DNA from: a candidate division WOR-3 bacterium
GTDB taxonomy: Bacteria > Hydrothermota > UBA3073
Length of the DNA stretch: 64,000 nucleotides
Assembly: GCA_023129165.1 (NCBI GenBank)
Contig: JAGMCL010000111.1
Span: 201-64,200 of the forward strand
Direction of reading: 5' to 3'
The translations under genes and the position numbers were made by a program. A model generated the notes under the pieces. That model was not told where the DNA came from. It made no database searches and saw nothing but the letters and a program-made list of their open reading frames with translations. Shown one piece after another: positions 42,276-51,200 of this stretch; position 1 is the stretch's first letter, and each line of letters starts with the position of its first letter.

Positions 42276-42387
42276 AGCTTTATTTTAACACAATAATAGA
42301 GAATTGTCAAGGAAAAAATAATGGGAGTATTTATAAATAGAAATGATTAAAAGATTGTATAATTAATGTTAATAACAAATAGAATAT

Positions 42388-43104
42388 TTATGGGATACCT
42401 GATTTATTAGGAAGATATTCTTCTGGATTTAATATACTGTCATTATAGTATATTTCATAATGAAGATGAGGTCCAGAGGATATACCACTTGAACCAACAA
42501 ATGCAACCACATCTCCTCTGTTTACTTTTTCACCATCCTTTACAGTGATAGATGAGTTGTGCCCGTATACGATTTTATATCCTTCCTTATTGCATATTTC
42601 TAATACACTGCCTAGTAGTGAATCAGTCCATATTGCATTTACATATCCACTTATGGTTGAAACTATTTGTGTACCAATTGGTGCTGCAATATCTATTGCC
42701 TTATGGTAGGGAGTAAATCCCTGACTTATCCACCCATGTGTAGGCCAAATTGCAGGTATATAGCCTTCCTGGTTGTTTCCCTGTGTATAGACCGGTGATG
42801 TATCTTCTATACCCAACAGTGTTAGTAATCGCTGGTTTTCATACACCAAGCGATTTAAGTCTGCTATTATCTTATCTATTGTTTCGTTTTTCTCTTTTTG
42901 AAGGAATTCTATGTTTTCTTCTAGTTTATTTGCTTTTTTAGCAAGATTGTAAATACTCACATACTTATATCCCAGGAATGCTACAACTCCAATAATAACA
43001 AAAAGGAGGACTAAAAGAAGTATAGCCACACCTTTGGGAATAACTATCCTTTTTACATCTCCTTCCTCGTCAGGGATGAACATAAGTGATATCTTTTTTG
43101 CCAT
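42388..43104 (-). CDS. M23-family peptidoglycan endopeptidase with N-terminal coiled coil (EnvC-like)
   Basis: HKAIDIA ... GHNSS ... GSSGISSGPHLHYEI. Confidence 0.75.
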   Translation of the reverse strand: MAKKISLMFIPDEEGDVKRIVIPKGVAILLLVLLFVIIGVVAFLGYKYVSIYNLAKKANKLEENIEFLQKEKNETIDKIIADLNRLVYENQRLLTLLGIEDTSPVYTQGNNQEGYIPAIWPTHGWISQGFTPYHKAIDIAAPIGTQIVSTISGYVNAIWTDSLLGSVLEICNKEGYKIVYGHNSSITVKDGEKVNRGDVVAFVGSSGISSGPHLHYEIYYNDSILNPEEYLPNKSGIP

Positions 43105-43232
43105 ATTCGTATAATGTTGAGTTTTTCAGGTTTAAATAAAGAGGCAATATTATTATTTGATAATTATACACTAAAGCAATAAAATTGTCAAGGAAAAAAT
43201 GAGGTTTGGGTTCATATATGTGAGAATTTTCC

Positions 43233-43261
43233 TTGACAACTCGGTAGATTTGGATTATAAT
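43233..43261 (+). promoter_or_regulatory. sigma70-like promoter, TTGACA-17-TATAAT
   Basis: The -10 ends 20 nt before repeat copy A begins, so the element would form the start of the 5' UTR. Confidence 0.5.
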
Positions 43262-43280
43262 GTTATATAAGTTTTATTTT

Positions 43281-43660
43281 TGATACTGTGAAAAATAATA
43301 TGAAAGAATATGAAAGCTAAAATGTAGGGGTTCGATTTATCGAACCCGCAAATAAACCCCCTTCTGAAAGGAATTATTATGAGCATGTAATCAGGAATGA
43401 GAAAGCCTTACATAATATTCATAGGTATATAGAGGACAATACGTTAGTAGAGAGAATAAGATTTGAAGAATTCTATAGAAACGGGTCGGATACCCGTCGG
43501 GCAGGAATCCGACCCCTACAAAAATCAGGGTTGGATGAATCCGACCCCTACAAGAATTAGGGAGAGGAAAGAAAAAAATTGATAATTACTTTAAAAACTA
43601 TAGGTTATTCGTTAGCTAACGAATTACGATAAATTAGATAAGATATTTTTCACACTACCG
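43281..43660 (+). repeat. copy A of the leader-associated repeat family, with extra module and tandem CCCCTACAA duplication
   Basis: TIRs ACTGTGAAAAATA and TATTTTTCACACTACCG. Hairpins GGGTTCGATTTATCGAACCC, GGGTCGGAT ... ATCCGACCC and CCCCTACAAGAATTAGGG. Ends 16 nt before the ATG at 43677. Confidence 0.85.
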
Positions 43661-43676
43661 TATTTTTCATCAGGGG

Positions 43677-45260
43677 GTGGCAATGAAGAATATATTTGTT
43701 TTTGTGCTTTTGGGAACTTTTATATTAGTTTCCTCTCTGATGTTTGCGTCGGAACTCTATGTCAGTTTTGACAACTTCTATCCCATTTTTACGTCAGAAA
43801 TCTATGTCAGTTATGAGTTGTACCCTCGTAAACCCTATCCAGAGTCTTATCCCAAGAATGATGAGATTTCCCTGAGAATTAGAGGTATAAACAAACATCT
43901 TGCAGGGATTGTATCTGATACAATAACTGATATGCTCTGGAACCCAGCAAGACTACCCTCAAAGAGTTTCATCTCTTTTCGGGTTCCAAACAGAATAGTC
44001 ACCTCGCTTCCGGGTCCCTTAAAAACGAGATTGGGAATATTATTAGAAGGAAGTTACTCTGAATCGGAGAATAAGTACAGAGAGAAAGAGCCTTCTTACT
44101 ATTATTGGGACTATCATTATACTGATTATTTAAATAGTCACAGCAGTAGTCATTCAGGCAATACATACAAGGGGGTACTCCTTGGGTCAAAGCAGGTTAA
44201 TCCTAATACCTGCATTGGATTAAGATTAGATTACTCCTTGAAGCCTAATACAAGCAGTGATGACTGGATATATAGATATACCCGTGAAAGGAACTATGAT
44301 AGCTATGAGCGGTTAGATAGTAGAGATGATATTAGAGAATACAACGGTGCAGACACTACATCTTCCTGGTCTCTTGGCATCGGCATACTCTCTTCAATCC
44401 GTAAATCAGATGTGGAAATTGTCCTTATGTACAGAAATCAAAAGGAGCTGGGTCACTTTCTTGACAGCAGGAGAGAGAATGGATATGGAGAATACATTCG
44501 CACATACGATAGCACAACATATACAGATATCCACAACTTTGAATCCGAAAGACTGGCAGAGGAATATGATTTTCTCAATCCCCAGATATGGAGTCTGGGG
44601 ATGAGATTGTCCAGGGATATAACCCCTACCTCAACATTTAGGACAATAGCTACTCTCTATAAAGGATATGGAGATGCACAGAGAGAGAGAAAAAATCTAA
44701 GGTACTATTATGAAGACCGTTATTACAGCTACTCAGATCCTGACACCTTCTATGCCCATGGTGATACATCTGAATCCTATCAGGAAGATGAGAGTGTGCT
44801 TGAGGGTGATGCAAATATTCTCGGTGGTCTTCTCGCCCTGGGGCAGGAATTTAGTGTTTCCCCCAAACTCTCTGGGGGGGTTGGAATCAGAATCTCCTAC
44901 GAGAAAAGTGAGGTTAAACTCACAGGAACAAGGGATGAGGTTTATGATACCCTGACCTCGCATTCCGCAATAGAAGAGAAGAGCATTGGAAGAAAAACCT
45001 ATGTCTATCTTCCCATGGGCATTGAATACAGACCTATACCAGAAATCGCTGTAAGATTTGGGATTAGCATCTATGGCTTTCATCATCTCCTGGAAGAGAA
45101 TACCAGCGAAGGCTACAGCAAATCAAAATATACAAACGGTCCCTATTATAACATCAGTTTTGGTGCCGGTTATAACTGGAAGAGATTTAAGTTTGATATC
45201 TATACAATGGATGTTGCAGCAATTAAGTCGTGGGAAATTGAATTATGCTACAGTTTGTGA
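43677..45260 (+). CDS. secreted protein, possible outer-membrane beta-barrel, function unknown
   Basis: Signal peptide, Tyr/Asp/Ser-rich composition, and alternating-hydrophobicity C-terminal strands. Confidence 0.45.
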   Translation: MAMKNIFVFVLLGTFILVSSLMFASELYVSFDNFYPIFTSEIYVSYELYPRKPYPESYPKNDEISLRIRGINKHLAGIVSDTITDMLWNPARLPSKSFISFRVPNRIVTSLPGPLKTRLGILLEGSYSESENKYREKEPSYYYWDYHYTDYLNSHSSSHSGNTYKGVLLGSKQVNPNTCIGLRLDYSLKPNTSSDDWIYRYTRERNYDSYERLDSRDDIREYNGADTTSSWSLGIGILSSIRKSDVEIVLMYRNQKELGHFLDSRRENGYGEYIRTYDSTTYTDIHNFESERLAEEYDFLNPQIWSLGMRLSRDITPTSTFRTIATLYKGYGDAQRERKNLRYYYEDRYYSYSDPDTFYAHGDTSESYQEDESVLEGDANILGGLLALGQEFSVSPKLSGGVGIRISYEKSEVKLTGTRDEVYDTLTSHSAIEEKSIGRKTYVYLPMGIEYRPIPEIAVRFGISIYGFHHLLEENTSEGYSKSKYTNGPYYNISFGAGYNWKRFKFDIYTMDVAAIKSWEIELCYSL

Positions 45261-45507
45261 TACTGTGAAAAATAATACGAAAGAATATGAAAGCAAAAAT
45301 GTAGGGGTTCGATTTATCGAACCCGCAAAAGAAACGGGTCTGATACCCGTCCGACGCCTGCCTGACGGTAGGCAGGGCAGACGGGAATCCAACCCCTACA
45401 AGAATTAGGGGAAGGCAAGCAAAAAATTGATAATTACTTTAAAAACTGCAAATTGTTAGTTAGCTAACGAATTATAAGAAATTAGTTAAAATATTTTTCA
45501 CATTGCC
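45258..45507 (+). repeat. copy B of the leader-associated repeat family, containing an embedded REP
   Basis: Starts at the upstream gene's stop codon. Has TIRs, the three hairpins and CCTGCCTGACGGTAGGCAGG. Ends 23 nt before the ATG at 45531. Confidence 0.85.
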
Positions 45508-45530
45508 CATCACCATAAACAGGAGGTATT

Positions 45531-47714
45531 ATGAGGAGGTTATGGGTTGTACTGGCACTTGTGATAGGGGTATCTGCCTATGCCCAGCAGGAGATAACGC
45601 TTGTAGATGAGTTGTTTGAGGCGGGAGAGTTCAGGGATATTGTTATCATTGATAACTATCTCCTCACCCCAAATATCAAGGGACTGGCAATATATGATAT
45701 ATCAAATCCATCATTTCCAGTCCATATAAATACCATAAATACACCGGGGTGTGCCGAAAATCTGGTGGTGAAGGATGATTATCTCTATCTATTTGATATT
45801 GGCAATGGGATAATACTGTTTGATATAACAGACCCCTCTTCTCCATCTATCCTCGATAAATTTCATTTCTATAATGGAATGTCTCTTTATTACCCTCACC
45901 ACACAGTGGAGATTTATGGTAATATGCTCTACTACCCTGATTATGTGAATTACAATGCGTATCTTAAGGTTCTTGACATCACCAATCCTCTTAGTCCTGT
46001 TCCAAGAGATAGTATTCAAATTCCTAACTATTCCTATGACCTTCAAGTAAACTATCCGTACTGTTATATGAGCGACAACACTCAAAGCATATATATTCTT
46101 AATTTATCTGACCCTGATTCTATTTGTGTAGTAGATACCATTTCCCTTGGGGGCGTGGGCTTGGGTATGACAACAGTGGGTAACTATCTCTATGTTGGAA
46201 CTGATTATTCCTATGGTGTGGAGGTTTTTGACATCACAAATCCGGTGTCTCCTGATAGTGCTGGATACTTTCTTGACGAATGGTATCCCTACTATTCCTT
46301 TGTTGGACTGGATAGTATCCTCTATGGCTACCGCCACGGTGGCAGGCTTGCTGTATTCGACATATCGAACCCACCTGAAATAGATACCCTCGGATTGGCT
46401 CCTTTTTCATATGGTGGGGGTGGGGGTTGTATGTTCAGGGAAGACACCCTCCTTGCTATGACAGCCAGCCGTTCTACAGCCTCGGGAAATTATTATGGAA
46501 TGGGCATTATAGGAATTTCTGACCCAATTTCTCCCAATAACCTCTCTTACACCATTACCGATAAGGGACCTATTCAATTTGTAAAAACCACGGGAAATAA
46601 TTTGATTATGGCAAATCCTGGAGAGATATATTGTTACGGTATACAAAATCCCGCATCTCCATATCTTCTGTCAGATTACAATCCTTCTCCTTGCAATGTC
46701 TATAAGCTGGCAGTTGATTCAAACTATGTATATTATGTGAGCTCCTGGCATTACAGCCTGGGGGCACTCAGTCTGCTCGACCTCTCTCTTGCAGGTTCAT
46801 TTTCAACACAACAGTATCTCTTTGATATTGTTGCCTCAAACGGCTATGTCTATGGGGTGAGGGATACCGTCAGGGTATTTCAAATGATGGGTGACAGTCT
46901 TCAGCAGTTAGGGGTCTATCAAGATTGTGTAAACACGATACATCTCTTTGTTAGAGATACCCTCCTGTTTTTCTATGACTATGACTCGGCATTGTTTAAT
47001 ATATTAAATGTGTCCAACCCGTCTTCTCCGACGCTTGCAGGGGAACTTGACCCGGAGAGAAATCTCTGGTACTCTCCAATTTTCGTGGATGGTGATTATG
47101 GATATTTCCTGTATGGAGATAGCCTTCTTGTCTATCATTTTGGAAGCAACTTTTCATCAATGGATTTTGCGGGCTCTTTGTTTCTTGATAATTATGTAGA
47201 GGGTGGTGATATTGCGGTGCAGGATACATTTATGTATATCGCCGGAAATAAATATCTCACAATACTCAAAACCACAACCCCGGATTCGCCTGTTCTGGTA
47301 GACAGATATAATACATCGGGAATTCCTGAAGGGGTTGCTCCCTATGGAGATTATGTATATGTGGCTGATAACACATCTCTTGGTATATATCACTTCCAGG
47401 CTACAGGAATTGAAGAGGAGTCCGTTCGGGGTGAAGGAGTCATAAACCTTGCCGTTACACCCAATCCAGCGAGTGGATTCTTTACCATCTCGTATTCAAT
47501 TCCAGAAAAATGTAAGGTCAGGATAGGTATCTACGATATCACAGGCAGGCTCGTCAGGTCTTTCCCAATTAACCAATCAACCAATCAACTAATTAACTGT
47601 ATTACCTGGAAGGGTGAAGATGACAGGGGTAAAAAGGTCTCTCAGGGAATATACTTCTGTTTGATGGAGACGGAAGGTGCGAAGATAAGTCGTAAGATGA
47701 TTGTGATAAAGTAA
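45531..47714 (+). CDS. LVIVD-repeat beta-propeller protein with T9SS CTD
   Basis: Repeats of the type YLY ... DIxNP/DPSSP. Signal peptide. CTD is VTPNPASGF ... IGIYDITGRLV ... GIYFCLM. Confidence 0.7.
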   Translation: MRRLWVVLALVIGVSAYAQQEITLVDELFEAGEFRDIVIIDNYLLTPNIKGLAIYDISNPSFPVHINTINTPGCAENLVVKDDYLYLFDIGNGIILFDITDPSSPSILDKFHFYNGMSLYYPHHTVEIYGNMLYYPDYVNYNAYLKVLDITNPLSPVPRDSIQIPNYSYDLQVNYPYCYMSDNTQSIYILNLSDPDSICVVDTISLGGVGLGMTTVGNYLYVGTDYSYGVEVFDITNPVSPDSAGYFLDEWYPYYSFVGLDSILYGYRHGGRLAVFDISNPPEIDTLGLAPFSYGGGGGCMFREDTLLAMTASRSTASGNYYGMGIIGISDPISPNNLSYTITDKGPIQFVKTTGNNLIMANPGEIYCYGIQNPASPYLLSDYNPSPCNVYKLAVDSNYVYYVSSWHYSLGALSLLDLSLAGSFSTQQYLFDIVASNGYVYGVRDTVRVFQMMGDSLQQLGVYQDCVNTIHLFVRDTLLFFYDYDSALFNILNVSNPSSPTLAGELDPERNLWYSPIFVDGDYGYFLYGDSLLVYHFGSNFSSMDFAGSLFLDNYVEGGDIAVQDTFMYIAGNKYLTILKTTTPDSPVLVDRYNTSGIPEGVAPYGDYVYVADNTSLGIYHFQATGIEEESVRGEGVINLAVTPNPASGFFTISYSIPEKCKVRIGIYDITGRLVRSFPINQSTNQLINCITWKGEDDRGKKVSQGIYFCLMETEGAKISRKMIVIK

Positions 47715-47929
47715 AGAGCATGACTTCGGACAACGGTAGGGACAGGGCTCGTCCCTGTCGAGTAATGGAGTGATATAGGGCAGGAGTATTGGGATATCTG
47801 GAGTGCATTAGCTTGCTAATGTAAAGGGTAGAGTGAGTTTGTTATAGATTACAGATTGTAGATATTAGATAGGGAGGTTGTTGACACCTGATTCAATTTT
47901 ACCTGATTTCTTCAGAGGGGTACTGAATC

Positions 47930-48003
47930 GTAGGGCAAGGCTTAAGCCTTGCAAAAGCAAACCTAAAGCCTGCCTGCCGGTAGGCAGGGTTTGCCCTACA
48001 TTA
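47930..48003 (+). repeat. compound REP-like palindromic element, upstream copy
   Basis: GTAGGGCAA ... GGCTTAAGCC ... CCTGCCTGCCGGTAGGCAGG ... TTGCCCTAC. An approximately 90% identical copy in inverted orientation lies at 53443-53512. Confidence 0.7.
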
Positions 48004-48282
48004 ATAGGTTAATAAAAGCTTCATGATTGCCCTGCTTACAAACAGGTGTCAAGCAAGTCAACATTGTTACCTGTAACATAATAATTTATGTTCCTCCTGG
48101 GCTTATATGATACTATTTCAATTCGTGCTTGCACGGTTAAAAACCGCGACTGCCGTCAGGCAGGCGTGCCTACATTTTAAGTAGGCCGTGTTTGTAGGCA
48201 CGAATTCAATTCGTGCTTGCTATCAAACTTGGTCACCCTTCAGTGTGACCATTATGCAAACTTTATTGACCTGGAGGTGATT

Positions 48283-51200
48283 ATGAGGCGTTTTTGTATT
48301 TTGGCAGGATTATTCTTATGCCACGCTCTCTTATTTGCCCAGCCGGCAGATAGCCCCTGGCCTATGTATCAGCACGATGCCCAGCATACGGGAAGAGTAG
48401 ATGTGATGGGACCCGAGTCACCACATATGGACTGGATATATGAACCAACCGGAAGTGGAATTTCTATGCCCATCATAGATGAAGATTCAACCATATATTT
48501 CTATTCTACAGTAGATACACTTTTCTATGCACTTTATCCAAATGGCACGGTGAAATGGATTTATAAGTACAACGGTTCCGGTGGTATAAGTGGCGAATGT
48601 GGTGTGGTCAGTGAGGATTATATCCACTTTGTAAGAAACACATGGGAAACTAACGGTGGTAGCTACTGGTCTTATTATCATATCTTAAATAAAGACGGAA
48701 CCCTATACTGGCAAAATGACAGAGGAGGAAGCTACTGGTATTACAATAGACTTTACAGTTCACCAATTATGGGAACTGATAGAACTGTATATGTCGTGGG
48801 AGACTCAGGAACCGTCGCGGCAAAAGATGTAAAACTATATGCATTTGACGACACTTTAGTTCAGTGGACATCATTCCTGAAGCAAGCACAAAGTGGTCAT
48901 TATTATTTCTCGACACCTGCAGTGGGACCCGATGGAACAATCTATGTTGCACTGGATGACAGCATATATGCAGTCAACCCTGATGGTTCAAGAAAGTGGA
49001 GTGTAAGCCGAGGAAACTTCGCCTGGGCTGATTGGCAGAAATACGCAACGGTATCTGTGGGTAGTGATAGTTCTGTATATTTTGTGTCAAAATTTGGTGG
49101 TTATGATTCACTTACTGCAGTTGACCCATCTGGTAATGTAATGTGGAGATGGGGATGTCCGTCTTCTTTATATAATATTCGCACACCTGCTCCCTCCATT
49201 GGCTTGGGTGACACCCTCTATTTTATATATGGTAAGTATCTTATGTCGCTAACAGCAGATGGTGATAGCATCTTTACTATACCTTTCGATTGGTGGGGAA
49301 ATAATCTTGTAGTTACACAAAATATGTTGTATGTGGTGGGGAGGAATCCCGGAGCTTTATTTGCATTTACACATAGCGGTAAATTAAAATGGAGATACAA
49401 TTTTGACGCTTGGTATATAGAGGGTGTTGCAATGGGTTACGATGGAATTATCGGCATTGATGGAGACAACAGGGCCTTCTGCATAAGAGAGGGTAATTAT
49501 GCCGTTGAATTACTCCATCCAAACGGTGGTGAGAACCTGTCTACCTTACAACCTGATACCATAAGGTGGAGTTCGCAGAATGTGGATTCAATTTCCCTGT
49601 ATTACACACTTACGGGCAGCGATAATATAATTGATTATACGCCAATAGTAGAGAAGATTCCGAATACGGATGAATATATCTGGCAGCCACCTGACACATC
49701 CTGCAGCAGTGTACGGGTTGCAGTTGTTGCAACAGATTCACGAGGAAGTATTCTTGCACTTGATATGAGTGATAGCAATTTTACTATAGATAACACACAT
49801 CCTGAATCCTGGGTTGATTCACTGCCAGGATTTATAAACTCATTATCATTTGAAATTACCTGGCACGGTTATGACCCGGGCGACGGTTCGGGATTGGATT
49901 ATTTTGATGTTCAGTATAAAGACGGCGATGGTTCCTGGATTGATTGGCTAATGGAAACAACCGATACAACCAAAATATTTACAGGGCAGGAGAATCATAG
50001 GTATTATTTAAGGTGCAGGGGGGTTGATAAGAGCGGAAATGTGGAGCCATATCCTTCCTACGACACCTATACTTATATAGATATAACTCATCCCACAATT
50101 ACAGATGTAACTCCCATAGAAGATGGTCTGGCTGGTACTGAACCTGTCATTCATGCGGTGGTGGGTGACCCATCACCCGGTAGTGGGTTGGTGCTTGATT
50201 CAATCAAGGTGGTATTTGACGATACACTTGCATATCACTATCCAGGTGGAGTTACATACGATGATTACACTGGTGAAGTAGGGTTTAAGTGGTATTGTGC
50301 CCCACTTTCTTATGGTATGCACACGATGACAATAAGTGCGATGGATTTGGCAACTAACTGGTTCTCGGTAAACAGAAACTTCAATGCCTCGTGGTTTGTA
50401 GATAAGAAGTGGGAACTTGTGGGTAATATGGGCAGATTAGGAGGAGATGATACCTGCACACTTTATGATGAATCACAAACCGAGGAATATCTGTTGCAAC
50501 TTTTAATAGATGATTATGCTCCCTTTGAAAGACTATGTCTTGGTGAGGATGTGATGTTCAGGTTGGAGTGCTGGACAGGAGGGGCTGTGTGGGATTTTAT
50601 GTGGGCATTTACTGATTTGAAGATATTATCCGATGGGTGTGTTGACAATATCAGGAGACAGGTTGAGACGTGGGTGGCAGAGGATTCTGCTGCTTATGCT
50701 GATAGTATAGAGTCAGCGACCGATATGGTGGGACGCATAGTTGATGAGTACGAGGAGTTCATTGACATAGGTATCTCAATAGTGGATGAAGTTTATGGGA
50801 CTGGATTTGGTGATGTCAAGACCTATATAAGTGTAATATATGATTTAACTTCGCCCAATGATGATGAGATAATCTACCAGTTCAGACAGATGGCAACCCG
50901 TATTGTAATGAACAGTTTCCTGAGAATAACACAACCATCACTTGATGATATACTTAACAATGCGATTACGCATAATTTTACGGGTACTTATGGAGAGGCA
51001 CAGCAAGCGACCGGTGGACTTATGACACCGGACCAATATCCCGATGGTTCCGTTCTAAAAATATACAAGGATTGGTATGAAGCGGCAGACGATTCAATAT
51101 GTGATTACATATGGACAGCACAGGGATTTGAGTTTGTATCCTATCTGTTTGGAATATTTGGTGCGCCCATCGGTGGTTTTGATTTTGGAGTGATATTCCA

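Noticed and set aside
43307-43335. tRNA-like T-arm (GGGGTTCGATT) inside the repeat family
   Set aside because: The stem is 8 bp (GGGTTCGA/TCGAACCC) with a 4-nt loop. There is no acceptor or anticodon arm context. It recurs identically in all copies as part of the element, so it is not a tRNA gene.
48217-48282. ORF-track start of the giant gene at 48217
   Set aside because: The first 22 codons lie in a palindromic repeat region and lack an RBS. ATG 48283 follows GGAGG and begins a typical signal peptide.
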